Positions 51,343 through 64,000 of a stretch of DNA of 64,000 nucleotides are shown piece by piece. Position 1 is the stretch's first letter, and each line of letters opens with the position of its first letter. The stretch is from NCBI RefSeq assembly GCF_006345805.1, contig NC_042999.1:54188001-54252000 (forward strand). Reading direction: 5' to 3'. The DNA comes from Octopus sinensis (taxonomy: Eukaryota). The notes under the pieces were generated by a model that worked only from the letters and a program-made list of their open reading frames with translations, did not search any database and had not been told where the DNA came from. The position numbers were made by a program, and so were the translations under genes.

Positions 51343-52261
51343 CACATACACATACAGACGCGCACACATCACAAAATAAAAGAGTTTCAAATCAAATACA
51401 ACTCCTGATATACGAAATCACAATAGTGTTTCAATAAAATATATCAATTAAACAATTCACTTGAAAACAATTAATCAATAACCCATTCAAATAAGAATCA
51501 ATATAAGTATATCGATAAATATGTATTCGAAATGATCGAAATTGTTTATATTTTATAAATTGCTTCCCAAAGACGGTTTAATAGGAAAGGAGCTAGTATC
51601 CAAGGTAACAAGTTCCTCCTTTATAATCTATAATAAATTGGTGTAAAAGAAAACACAAGAGCATTCTTTAAGGAGCGACCGTATGCTGGGAGGGCCTTGT
51701 TTGATTTAATATAAATGAACGTCGATGAGATAAGGAATGTTATAAATATTTATTTAACATTTATTTCGTGAAGGTCACGGCTTGTAGCGCTCACTTTTGC
51801 CAAAGAGACGGCGAAGCAGTTTAACAGATGCTTAAATAGATATTCACAAATCACATTAAAATAAAAGAGAAAGACAGTTCTTTGCAGTTGATATTTAAAA
51901 GCTGTTCTTTGCGTTGAATTTATCTGAAAGGTTTGATAAAGAACACTCTAGACTGCATCGTTGGGAGCACAATCAACTTTTGATAAGCATCTCCCTGAAG
52001 AGCTCATTAAACATGCGAAGATAACTTTCAGCTGGTTGGGACTATTACCTGTCAGATCATTACATGTTTCGGCTGACAAAACAGTTATATAAGAGAATCA
52101 TAGAACCATCGCTTACACGAACAAATGCAACATAATACTGAAGAATATCTAAAAACTACGTTTACAGAATACATAATACCCAACGGAATGATCGACCGAA
52201 TGGGATTCATAACATACACAAAGACATAAAAGTCATATATGTATATGTTTAAGTATGTGCA

Positions 52262-52497
52262 TCTATCTATATATATAAAACTGAGAATGTCTGTCTGTCT
52301 GTCTATCTATCTGTTTATGTGTTTCCCTAAAACTTGAGAACTACGCAACCAATTTCATTCAAATTTTACACATGCCTTACTTAGGGTCCATGTTGTGTCA
52401 TAGGCAAAAATGTTTAACTTCTTGCCTAGGGCGAGCCCTGAGCAATATCACATCTTCTCCACTATTTCAGTATTACGTGTTCAAAGTGAAACAAAAG
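52262..52497 (+). mobile_element. Helitron/Helentron-type non-autonomous element, 5' part
   Basis: TCTATATATATAAAACTGAGAATGTCTGTCTGTC..AACTACGCAACCAATTTCATTCAAATTTTACAC; no 3' hairpin/CTAG found. Confidence 0.5.
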
Positions 52498-52536
52498 TAT
52501 CTCTCTATTGTATGTATATGGATATATATATGGATG

Positions 52537-52570
<34 letters not shown>

Positions 52571-52789
52571 TATATAGATGTATATATATATAGATGTATA
52601 TGTATACATGTATATGTATCGATGTATTTCTATACATATACATGTATATGTAAACATGTATGTCTAGATATATATATAGATGTACATGTACTATGCACAC
52701 ATATATATACACATATATACATGCATATATATATACATTCATACACACATACACACACACCGACCCACCCAAACACCCACCCACACACA

Positions 52790-53165
52790 CAGGTGCAGGT
52801 GTGGCTGTGTGGTAACAAACTTCATTCCAAAACACATGGACCTCAGTTCAGTCCCACTGTGTGGTAACTTGGCATGTGTCTTCTGCTATAGCCTCAGACC
52901 AACCAAAGCCTTGTCAGTGGATTTTGTAGACAGAAACTGAAAGAAATCAATTGTATGTATATGTATGTATATATGTAAGTCTATGTGTGTGTCTTTGTGT
53001 TTCTCCCTCATCACTGCTTCAAAACTGGTGTTCGTTTATTTACATCCCCATAATTTACTGGTTTCACAAGAAGAAACTGATAGAATAAGTACCAGGCTTA
53101 TCAAAATATAAAGAAGTCCTCTGCAGTGTCTCATATTTTTGTTTGCCCACTCAGTTGTATCGATC
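52790..53165 (+). mobile_element. SINE family A, diverged
   Basis: GGTGCAGGTGTGGCTGTGTGGTAA..GTTCAGTCCCACTG..GTGTCTTCTGCTATAGCC..GATAGAATAAGTACCAGG. Confidence 0.75.
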
Positions 53166-53223
53166 AGTTTATCTTTGTGTGTGCGTTGTGTGTGTATGTG
53201 TGTGTGTGTGTATACATACATGC

Positions 53224-53330
<107 letters not shown>

Positions 53331-53394
53331 ATTTCGTGGACAGGAACTGAAACAAATTAATCGTATATATGTATGTATATATGTAAGTGTATGT

Positions 53395-56084
53395 GTTTTG
53401 GTATTGACAACATGAATGATAATGGTCACAGACTACTTGAATTTTGCACATACCATAACCTGTACATCACCAACACATTATTTGCCAACAAGACATCCCA
53501 CAAGGCATCATGGAGACATCCAAGATCTCACCACTGGCATCAGCTGGGACTCATCATTACACAAAAGTCCTTTCTGAATTCTGTTCAACTGACCCGTAAT
53601 TACCACAGCGCGGATTATGACACAGATCATTCACTAATAAGTAACAAGGTGAGGATTCTGCCTAAAAAAGTCCATCACTCCAAGAAAATGGGCCGACCAC
53701 GCATTAACACTGCCAGTACCTCGGACCCTACACTGCGAGAATGTTTTGCTGTTTCTATCAAGGTTGCCCTCAGTAGCTGCCCAACCTCCTCTGCTGAAAG
53801 TAGGTGGAATTATATCAGGGAAGCTTTGTATACCACATCAATAGATACTTTCGGCATGAGAGAAAGGCAAAACCCAGATTTTGTTCAGTGCTAGGCTCTC
53901 AGAGCTGGAAACAGTTATCGAAGCAAAGCGTGCAGCTCTGATGCAATACAAGAGTGATTCTTCTACAAAGTCACTTGAAGAACTCAGACAGACAACAAAT
54001 AAAACCCAACTGACTGCCAGACGCTTGCAAATAGGTATTGGCAGGAAATCTGTCAGAGTATCCAGTCAGCTGCTGACAGCGTCGACACCCGTGGGATGTA
54101 TGCCGGTTTGAAGAAGGCCCCCGGTCCATCTGCAACCAAGTCAGCCCCTCTGAAATCAACTACTGAGGATCTCATCAAGGGCCAAAGCAAGCAAAGGGAT
54201 AGATGGGTGGAGTACTACCAGGATCTCTACTCACGGGGGACCATGGTAGCTGAGACTGCAATCGAGGGTGTCAAGATCTTGCCAGTCATGTGTGAACTTG
54301 ACAGTCTGCCATCTATAGCAGAGCTCACCAAGGCTATTGACTCCCTAGCAAGTAACAAGGCTCCGGGAAAAGACGGCATTCCCTTAGAGATCATCAAAAC
54401 CGACAAACACACCATCCTGCTCCGGCATATTCATGAGCTTCTGTGTCAGTGCTGGAAAGAGGGTACAGTCCCTCAGGATATGCGGGATGCTAACATCATT
54501 ACGCTTTACAAAAACAAAGGTGACCGTGGTGATTGTAACAATTACAGTGGAATATCTCTTCCAAGCACTGTGGGAAGGCCTCTGCTCGCATTATCCTGTC
54601 CCGGCTGCAACTGCTTGCTTCTCGAATTTATCCAGAATCGCAGTGAGGCTTTAGAAGAAGCAGATCAGCTATTGACATGATATCCTCCATATGCCAACTT
54701 CAGGAGAAGTCCAGAGAGCAAAATATGCCATTATATACGGCCTTCATTGATCTGATAAGGGCCTCTGACTTGGTCAGTAGAAAAGTCCACCAAAGCTGCT
54801 GAGGATCATCAAATCTTTCCATGATGATATGCAAGGCACCATACAGCACAATGGTTCAACATCAGCCGCCTTCCAAATAAAAAATGGGGTAAAGCAAGGT
54901 TGTGTCCTTGCTCCTACATTATTTGATATCTTCTTCTCGCTGCTGCTGTCATATGCCTTTGAGACATCAGATGATGGAGTGTTTCTGCACCGTAGAAGTG
55001 ATGGGAAACTGTTCAAACTCTCGCGTCTGCGTGCCAAGACCAAAATCAGAAGCGTCCTGATCAAGGAGGTGCTATTTGCTGATGATGCCGCCCTGGAATC
55101 AGAAGACCAACATCATGGGTCAAGCTACATCGGACATCCCAAACATACATATTGGAGACCACAGACTACAGAAGGTTTACCTATCTTGGCTCTACCGTCA
55201 CCTACAACCTATCCCGTGATGCTGAGCTCAATATATGCATTGGCAAGGCAGCTGCTGTGATGGCCCAACTCTCCAAACGAGCATGGAACAATAATAAGCT
55301 GACCAAGACCACAAAAATGAAGATTTACCAGGCATGTGTACTTAGCACTCTACTGTATGGAAGTGAGACTTGGATGCCATACACACGCCATACGACGCCA
55401 TACACACGCCATACACACGCCATACGACGCCATACACACGCCATACGACGCCATACACACGCCATACGACGCCATACGTCGCCTTAATATCTTTCACCTG
55501 CGCTGCCTCCGGAAAATCCTTCGCATCAAATGGCAGAATCATGTCCCTAACAAAGATGTCCTCAAGCAAGCAGGAATACCAAGTATACTTGCACTCCTCA
55601 CACAAAGACGTATGAGATGGCTTGGACATGTTAGCCGTATGGAAGATGGCAGAATCCCCAAGGACATACTCAACGGAGAGCTTGCTAGGGGTACTAGGTC
55701 TCTGGGAAGAACGTACTTACGATACAAGGATGTTTGCAAAAGGGACATGAATGCCTGCAATATCAATATTACCAACTGGGAAGCAATTGCCAGCAACCGT
55801 GGAGATTGGCGACGTACCGTAAAAGAGGGAACACAAAGGATTGACATATAGAGAGAGGAGAAATGGAAAGACAAGAAAAGACGTCAACAAGAAACTATGA
55901 CATTACGACCAGCCAGGCAAAGTCTTCGCTACATTTGCGGCATCTGCCAGAGGGAGTGTTTGTCCAGGATAGGACTACACAGCCACAGCAGGAGATGTAT
56001 TAGGACATGAAATGTAAAAGCCGGACTAGATTATTTTATGCGCAACTCCATTGTCTCCCGAGACAAAAAGGATGCCAACAACAA
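53395..56084 (+). mobile_element. RTE-clade (BovB-like) LINE, 5'-truncated pseudogene: AP-endonuclease C-part, RT, C-terminal zinc finger
   Basis: NDNGHRLLEFC..SWRHPRSHHWH..DTDHSLI; KAPGKDGIP; YKNKGDRGDCNNYSGISL; GVKQGCVLAPTLF; LFADDAAL; LLYGSETW; RMRWLGHVSRMEDGRIPKDIL; ICGICQRECLSRIGLHSH; 3' stem-loop TTGTCTCCCGAGACAA and (CAA)n tail; multiple frameshifts and deletions. Confidence 0.93.
55376..55482 (+). repeat. 10/11-bp minisatellite expanded inside the RTE ORF
   Basis: Interleaved GCCATACACAC and GCCATACGAC units, ~10 in total. Confidence 0.9.
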
Positions 56085-56334
56085 TTCTGATTGTCTTATT
56101 GAATGGATGAAATGTTGAATATAAAATATTAAGGGACTAGTATACTTTCTTGCATTGTAGCAGTCGTCAAGCTCCCAGGTTGTAACAGGAGTGTTTCAAA
56201 CATATATATATATAGATATATATTTATATGCACTGACCGGCTTCACATTTGGCTTTCAAAATTGTATCGTATATGGAACCGTCTCGCAAACTCTTTTCTG
56301 TGTGTGTGCGTGTACATACATGCACGCACGCACT

Positions 56335-56404
<70 letters not shown>

Positions 56405-56692
56405 CATACATACATACATACATACATACATACATACATACATACATACATAGATGTTTATATATATATATTATACATACATACATATATATATATACAT
56501 AGATGTTTATATATATATATACATATACATATATACATACATACATATATATATACATACATATATATATACATATATATAACACACCAAATCTAATTAA
56601 ATTCTAATTTATTCTTTGTTTATTTCAATTGCATTTCTATACTGTCATTTGTTTGGAGTAATAACGATATATATATATATGTATATATATAC

Positions 56693-56764
<72 letters not shown>

Positions 56765-57419
56765 ATATATTATATTATATATATAACATATATATATATA
56801 TACATAATATGCATATATGCATACATACACACACAAACATATATATATATATATGTAATATATACAAGCGTACAGACATATAGATATACTTTCATATATG
56901 TATATATGTATGTGCATATATGCATGCATATATGTATAATATACACATATACATATGCATTTATAGATGTGTGAGTATATTTCAAGACACAGCCGCACTC
57001 ACGCATCTTTATACTCTTGTGTAATGAGGCAAAGGATGAGAGAAAGAAAGGGATCCATGAACATAGGTGAATATGCGTTTGTGTGTGTGTGTATTTTTCT
57101 ATGTATGTATGTGTCTATGTGTGTATATGTGTGCGTATGATTGGGTCTAGTGTGAGGAGACTTCCTAGAAGTTTCCCTCATGTGAAGAATATAACATCTG
57201 CAGACAATTCCATCATTTGTGTCCAAATTTAGAAACTTTTCACAATAGTAACCAGATGCCAGGAGATTTCTTCGGTGGACACTTTAGTAATAGATCATTT
57301 CAAGGAATTCTTTTACAATTCTCCTATTTTTACAGTTTCTTTACCATTCTTGTATTTTTTTGCGGTTCTTTTATAATTCTTTCATTCTTAAAATTCTTCT
57401 ATTTTATATATCTTTTATC

Positions 57420-57605
57420 GTTTACAGGTTTCAGTCATTGAACATCGGCCATGCTAGTTTACCGCCTTAGAAGCTTTTGCTTGAACTCCAGTATTTATTT
57501 TTATAAAGACTTTTTTAAAGACTGGTAATTATTCCATGGGTATCTTTTGTGAAACTGTTAAGTTACGGAGATGTAAACAAGATGCAAACAAACGTCGATG
57601 TAAGA
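57420..57605 (-). mobile_element. SINE family A, degenerate 3' half
   Basis: GTTTCAGTCATTGAACATCGGCCATGCTAG..CCGCC..AAGTTACGGAGATGTAAACA. Confidence 0.55.
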
Positions 57606-57831
57606 AAACAAACTGTCTTCCAGCCATAAGGACACCTCCACGGCATTTTGGAGAAATATTTATATTGAGTTCATTTGAACGATACCAGGTTCTGTCTGGT
57701 ACCTTGAATTACCATGCCTTCGCCCCTTCTACACCTCAGTCACTCCAACCCCTATTTGTTCTGTAGCACCTTTATGTGGTGGTGAAGAAAGAAAAAACAA
57801 ATATTAATGTTACTAATCTAAATAAAATAAT

Positions 57832-58790
57832 TCTTTTCTACTCTAGGCAAAAGGTCCGAAATTTTTGGAGAGAGGGGCCAGTCGATTAGATCGACCCCAT
57901 TACGCAACTGGTATTTAATTTATCGATCCCGTAAGGATGAAAGGCAAAGTCGACCTCGGCGGAATTTGAACTCAGAACGTAACGGCAGGCGAAATACCCG
58001 CTAAGCATTTCGCCCGCGGTGCTAACGTTTCTGCCAGCTCGCCGCCTTCATCTAAATCAAATAATGTCTATAAGCTGAAAGGCAAAGTTCACTTCGGCAG
58101 CATTGGAACTCTGAAGGTAAGGAATCGGAAGACCTGTTGCTAAACTTTCAGCCAGCTTACCGCCTTAAATTTTGGAGGAGGGGAATGAGTCGATTACATC
58201 GACCCCCAGGGTTTCACTGGTACTTAATTCATCGACCCGAAAGGATGAAAGGCAAACGAAATACCCGCTAAGCTTTTCGCCCGGTGTGCTAACATTTCTG
58301 CCAGCTCACTGCCTTTGTCGCTTTAAGAATAGAGGTTTCGAAGGTGGCGAGCTGGTAGAAACGGTAGCACGCCGGGCGAAATGCTTAGCGGGTATTTCGT
58401 CTTTCATTACGCTCTGAGTTCAAATTCCACCGTGGTCGACTTTGCCTTTCATCCTTTCGGGATCGATAAATTAAGAACCAGTTGTGTACTGGGGTCGGTC
58501 TAATCAATTGCCCCACCTCCTCCCCACAAACTTCACGCCTTGTGCCTAAAGTAGAAAAAAAAATGATAGTGGTTTCGAATTTTGGCGCAGGGTTAGAAAT
58601 TTCGGATGAAGCGGTTATTCGATGACATCGAACCAAGTGCTCAACTGGTACTTATTTTATCGACCCCGAAAGGATGAAAGACTAAGTCAACCACAGCGGA
58701 AATTGAACACAGAAGCTAAATCTGGACGAAAGGCTGCTAACCATTTGGCTGACGAGCTAACGATTCTGCCAGCTCGACGCCATTGTCGCC
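57832..58790. mobile_element. Cluster of ~5 SINE family B copies in both orientations
   Basis: - strand full copy 57832-58047, + strand full copy 58342-58560, further degenerate - strand copies. Confidence 0.85.
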
Positions 58791-58827
58791 TTCGTAATAA
58801 TAATAATAATAATAATAAATAATAATA

Positions 58828-58881
<54 letters not shown>

Positions 58882-58900
58882 TAATAATAATAATAATAAA

Positions 58901-59455
58901 TGCCCTGATGCAGTACCAGGCAGTGGCTCTCATGGCTTCTGATCTTAACTGATTGGAAGTGTTATCATGTACATTGTTTTGTCTTGGTATAAAAGATGGG
59001 CTACAGCAAATATTCTGCTCAATACCACAGATTTGCTTGTCAGCTGTTTGACCTTAACCAGTTGAGCATGTCCCTTAGTGGCTGACGATATGTGCATCTC
59101 TGATCACGAGCAGAAGTAGTGGGGGAGCATCATAGCCATGTGTTGAGAGGGATTCTTTGGGGTTTGAATAGTTCACCTCTGGAAACATGGGTGGTTCTTT
59201 CAACATCCTTAAACAACCCTTATTCAGGGACCGTTTGAGCGGGATGGGCTACTCAACTTGAAGAAAATTCTAAGTGGGCCCCACCTGCAAGGTCATGTGC
59301 TGTTTATCTTGATATGAGATCACCATGTCGCGCACATATGGTTGTGATGCATATGCCTGGTGTACCCTTATCAGACGGGTAGTCATGATGGGTATATTGG
59401 GCTCCGTATATTTTACCCCAGTGTCACTTTGATGGCATGCACTGCTCTCTCACTC
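58901..59455 (+). mobile_element. Non-coding ~555-bp cassette embedded in (AAT)n; probable non-LTR 3' UTR or non-autonomous element
   Basis: Sharp boundaries against (AAT)n on both sides, higher GC than flanks, no credible ORF; family assignment is inference. Confidence 0.5.
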
Positions 59456-59536
<81 letters not shown>

Positions 59537-59537
59537 G

Positions 59538-59598
<61 letters not shown>

Positions 59599-59601
<3 letters not shown>

Positions 59602-59783
59602 AGTTCTATATGTGAGAGATGAGGAATTACGTACATTATTTACATTTGTCTGATATTTGTCCTCATCTTGTTTGTTGTTAACACAACGTTTCGGCTATTA
59701 TACCCTCCAGCCTTCAACAGGTGTCTTGGGTTTGAAATTTCCCCAAACAAGATGAGGACAAATACCCGTCAAATGTAAATAAT
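59599..59783 (-). mobile_element. Second copy of the 50.7-kb hammerhead-bearing 3' end, with a partial inverted arm
   Basis: Minus strand GACAC-CTGTTGA-A-GGCTG..TAGCC-GAA-ACGT-T-GTGTT (59680-59725; core A->T); 59734-59783 is a + strand deleted copy. Confidence 0.75.
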
Positions 59784-59823
59784 CTAAATAATAATAATAA
59801 CAATAATAATAATAATAATGATG

Positions 59824-59905
<82 letters not shown>

Positions 59906-59915
59906 TAATAATATA

Positions 59916-60492
59916 GGTCAGAGTTAGGAGCTATATACACTGGAAGCTATGCCAAAACTATGGAATAATAACAGAAAATGGTAGTATAGGCATACGTTAG
60001 AAAACGTCAGAGAAAATGAGAAAGCAACCATACTCTGGGATATGCCAATAAACACAAATGGAGAAATTAAAGCCAATTGGCCGGATATCGTTGTCAGTGA
60101 TTACCAAGAAAAACAATGCTCTCTAATCGATGTATCAATACCAACAGATGACATTATTTCTCTAAAAGAAGCGGGAAAACTTTCAAAATACAAAGATTTG
60201 GAAATAGAGGCAACTCGAACGTAGAGGCTAAAAACAGAAACAATTAGGTATGATTAGGCACATTAGGTATGATAAAAAAAATACTGAGGCAAATACATAA
60301 GAAAAACACCAGGACTAACAAGTATACATAACATACAGAGAATAGCACTACTAAGCACCGAACACGTCCTCCGTAAAACACTTTCTATATAGTGAGAATA
60401 AGAGCACCAAAAAGCACCACAGCACGTAGGAAAGGCACACAGAGCTGCGCTCGGTGGCGCAATGAAAGCACGTGATAGAAATAAAAGTACTG
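59916..60492 (+). mobile_element. R4/Dong-clade non-LTR 3' fragment (restriction-like endonuclease region + 3' UTR) in (TAA)n
   Basis: YIHWKLCQNYGI..ENEKATILWDMPI..KANWPDIVV..LIDVSIP..KLSKYKDLEIE (PD..D..K..KY RLE motif); stop at ~60390; (AAT)n on both flanks. Confidence 0.85.
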
Positions 60493-60554
60493 AATAATAA
60501 TAATAATAATTATTATTATTATTATTATTATCATTGTTGTTGTTATTGTTGTTG

Positions 60555-60585
<31 letters not shown>

Positions 60586-60599
60586 AATTATTATTGCTC

Positions 60600-60800
60600 A
60601 CATTTTGGCAAAAGTTAGCAATTTTAGGAGGAAGTTTTTAGTCGGTTGTATCGGCACCAGTGTTCAGCTAGCCCTTGTATTATAAACCCCAAAACGATGA
60701 AAGGCAAAGTTGACCTCGCCAGGTGTTGAACTCAGACAGTAAAGAGGCGAAAGGAAAGGCGCTATGCATTTTGTCCGGTGCTCTCACGATTTTGCCATGC
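60600..60800 (-). mobile_element. SINE family B, degenerate
   Basis: GATGAAAGGCAAAGTTGACCTCGCC..TTGAACTCAG. Confidence 0.65.
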
Positions 60801-61691
60801 TTAGAAGCCAATGATGATAAAGGTTAATAGTTTATTTATGACTCATCTTCGTAATTTTACAAAATATTGAATCCCAGCTGAGATACCGTAATTTGTTTTT
60901 TTTACCATTCTCTCGATGCCAATAAAATAAAAGACATATGGAAAGAGGCGAGGATAGAATAATCTTCAAATCTCAGACATTTGGGAAGATTTCTCCATAT
61001 CTATCTGGAATGGTTAAAAAACAAAATACAAATATAATTCTTGGAATATTTCAGTCGAAAATAGTGAAGAAGTGTTGATTTTGGAAATATTCTCAATGTG
61101 TTGGCACAAACTTTCTGAATTCCTTTTGAAGACAAATTTTATACAACTGGACGGTGTTAATGCACAACATACGCACGGAGCGATTAAAGAGGGGCGTTTA
61201 TAGACACAGAGCAATGCACTCTCACGCATACATACACACACACACACACATATACGCTTATACATTCTACTCACTCTCCCCTTCCCCCCTCTCTCTGTAG
61301 GAACCACAAATCCATTCACAGACCACTGTTGCTGTTAGCGTTGCTGTTAGCGTTGCTGTTGCCGTTGTTGTTGTTGTTGTTGTTGTCAAATATGATGTCT
61401 GCTCCTCAATGATATTTTTTTCCCAATTTTCTGCCATTTTCTGCACATTTATTAATGAGTTTTTACAATTGTTTTCGTTGTTGTTTTTATTCCATGCAAT
61501 CTTTATTAGGGGCGTATCCCGGCGGGGAGGAGAAGCCGGTTCTTGCTCTGAGCGAGAGACACTAAGATTAATTGGAAAATATTTTAATAACCTTCTTGGT
61601 TAGGGTTTAACTTTAAAATATTTCTTCCTTCGGTTTAAACATCGGGAATTATGGCAGTAAAAATGTTTAACGAGTTTGAAACATCGCCAGC

Positions 61692-62004
61692 GAAGAAGAA
61701 GAAGAAGAAGAAGAAGAAGAAGAAGAAGAAGAAGAAGAAGAAGAAGAAGAAGAAGAAGAAGAAGAAGAAGAAGAAGATGAACAAGAAGGAGGAGGAGGAG
61801 AAGAAGGAGGAGAAGGAGGAGGAGAAGAAGAAGGAGGAGAAGGAGAAGAAGAAGGAGGAGGAGGAGAATAATAATGATAATGATAATAATATAATAATAA
61901 TAATAATAATAATAAGAAGAAGAAGAAGAAGAAGAAGAAGAAAAGAAGAAGAAGAAGAAGAAGAAGAAGAAGAAGAAGAAAAAGAAGAAGAAGAAGAAGA
62001 AGAA
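61692..62004. repeat. (GAA)n/(GGA)n/(AAT)n compound microsatellite
   Basis: Direct sequence; source of the poly-K/E ORF. Confidence 0.95.
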
Positions 62005-62789
62005 CTATGCCAGTTTTGTGATTTATATTTTCGCTGTTCCCCCCGTATCTCGAAATGCTTGTTTTCTCATTTATCCTTAAAAAAAAAAAGTACTTTAAAT
62101 ATTGATGGCATATTTGAAATTAAGCTAAATATACCCAAGCATCTCTCTAATACTGAAGAATGTGTGTCTTCATTTAAGTTATTAGAAACATCTGGAGAGA
62201 ATTTCAGCGTCTACTGACATTTAAAACTTGATATATACTCACAAACACCCGTAGAAGACAACTTTTAATTAATTCGTTGCAGGGTGCTCTTTTAAAATAT
62301 AAAACTTCCGATTCATTTATGGTTTAACCGTTCAACGGCTGTTAGGAATATTGCTGACGAGTTGACTTTGATCATTAAATTAGACTTCACTAATGAAGTT
62401 TCAATTATTTTTCTATTCTCGTTTAGCTCCAGCCTGGTCTTGATTTAGCAGACCTTTATCGAAACATATTCTAGCTGTGACTAGCATGTATTATTCCAAA
62501 TATAGTTGTTTATCTATCAACGTCCTTCTTTCCCTAACACGGTAGAATGTGATTTTAAAGAGCTCTAGTACCTATATCTAGCAGGCCGATTGACCAAGAC
62601 CAGTTACTTAAATGAGGGTTCAAAACCGTGAGTTAAATATTGACTTTAGTTCGCTCTAGAAAAGATACCCGTCCACTGGGGCAAGTATCTGCCGAGTATC
62701 TGAGCCACTAAGCTGCGCGCTTTCACACACGCACATACACTCAAATAAACAAACGCACGCTTACACACGCACGCACACACACATGGCTA

Positions 62790-63088
62790 GGCTTTCTGTC
62801 GGTTACGATGACGAGTGTTCCAGTTAATCCGTTCAACGGAACGGCCTGCACGTGCAATTAACGTGCAAGTGGCTGAGCACCCCACAAACACGTGTACCCT
62901 TAACGTAATTCTCAGTAACACTCCAGGTGGCACAGAATGTAGCAAGGCTGGCCCTTTAAATTTCAGGTGAACCCATTCTTGCCAGCTGAATGGACTGAAG
63001 CAACGTGAAATAAAGCACCTTGCTCAGCGACACCCCGCGCCGCCTGGAATCGAACCCACGCACTTACAATAAGAAACTGAATGCTTGC
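62790..63088 (-). mobile_element. tRNA-derived SINE family E
   Basis: Minus strand GGGTTCGATTCC (B box) followed by CTGAGCAAGGTGCTTTATTTCACGTTGCT; 3' part recurs at 35200-35335 and 5292-5360. Confidence 0.7.
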
Positions 63089-63202
63089 ATGACAATGGAC
63101 TCAATTAAAGTTTTCTATACAGAGCGCCGAAGTACTCCTTTTTAGTTTTCTGAAAGAAACGTTTTCTAAATACGGAATTTCGTATTTCTAAATTTATTTG
63201 AT

Positions 63203-63430
63203 AGTGGCTGTGTGGTAAGGAGCTTGCTTCCCAACCACATGGCTTCGGGTTCAGTCCCACTGAGTGGCACCTTGGGCAAGTGTCTTCTATTATAGCCACG
63301 GGCCGACCAAAGACTTGTGAGTGAATTTGGGTGACGGAAACTGAAAGAATCCCGTTGTATATACATATGTATATGTATGTATGTATAATTGTATGTTTGT
63401 GTGTCGGTGTTTGTCCCCTGCGCCCCACAA
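63203..63430 (+). mobile_element. SINE family A, 5' half
   Basis: GTGGCTGTGTGGTAAGGAGCTTGCTTCCCAACCACATGG..GGTTCAGTCCCACTG..CTTGGGCAAGTG. Confidence 0.85.
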
Positions 63431-64000
63431 CACACACACACATATATATATATATATAGAGAGAGAGAGACAGACAGACAAATAGATAAACAGACAGACA
63501 GACAGACAGATAGATAGATAGATAGATAAATTTAGTGAAAGCAGACGATCATTAGACGCCTCTCGAACAGCCAGCGATACATAAATTGTTTACATTCCAT
63601 TTTGTGTTCTTTTGTTTATTTATTTTGCAAACAATATCCATTATCATGCAATAATGGCAAATTATATGGAAGAATAATAGCAGGAATTAGTGAGAACGGT
63701 CGTTGAACAACAACAATAATCTATAGATAAGAATGCTTTAATGATAATCTTCATTGTGTTCGTTAGGATTGTTTAATGTGGCTGTTCCGTCACTCTTGTT
63801 GTTCGAGACAGAAAGACACGGGAATTATGAAAACTTGACTCGTTATCTGTCGTCAATACGATCAATTATATGTTTCTGCCTATCTTATCAATACAATGGC
63901 TCGTCTTATCACACAGTAAAAATATTCTTCCTAAACTATTATTGCTTTAATTGGTCGGCTAAATGTGTGATATATTATGAATTAAGGATTGAAGTAGGCC

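Noticed and set aside
61400-64000. TAAT-rich stretches as homeodomain enhancer clusters
   Set aside because: Cannot be distinguished from AT-rich background without cross-species conservation

Overview
Repeat-saturated, AT-rich animal genomic DNA, most likely a coleoid cephalopod (Octopus-like). That assignment is an inference from the SINE families and the microsatellite load. I cannot support any host protein-coding gene, and almost all ORFs in the supplied track are translations of microsatellites. The window reads as intergenic or large-intron DNA containing: (1) decayed LINEs, namely a 2.7-kb RTE, RTE 3' ends, two CR1-group copies and an R4/Dong RLE fragment inside (TAA)n; (2) three mariner relics; (3) non-autonomous Helitrons; (4) at least four tRNA-derived SINE families; (5) complex minisatellites; (6) one 100-N gap. 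Two signals stand out. First, there are at least six unrelated minimal type-I hammerhead ribozyme motifs with palindromic stem III, most of them in Penelope-like inverted-repeat remnants. One is fused behind a tRNA-like Pol III head (50424-50840), which suggests a SINE-like, ribozyme-carrying parasite of Penelope elements. Second, there is a readable chain of local templated-copy events (43.3 kb -> 44.5 kb, and 44.3-44.8 kb -> inverted into a LINE at 35.9 kb). All motif calls were made by eye, so repeat boundaries are approximate.
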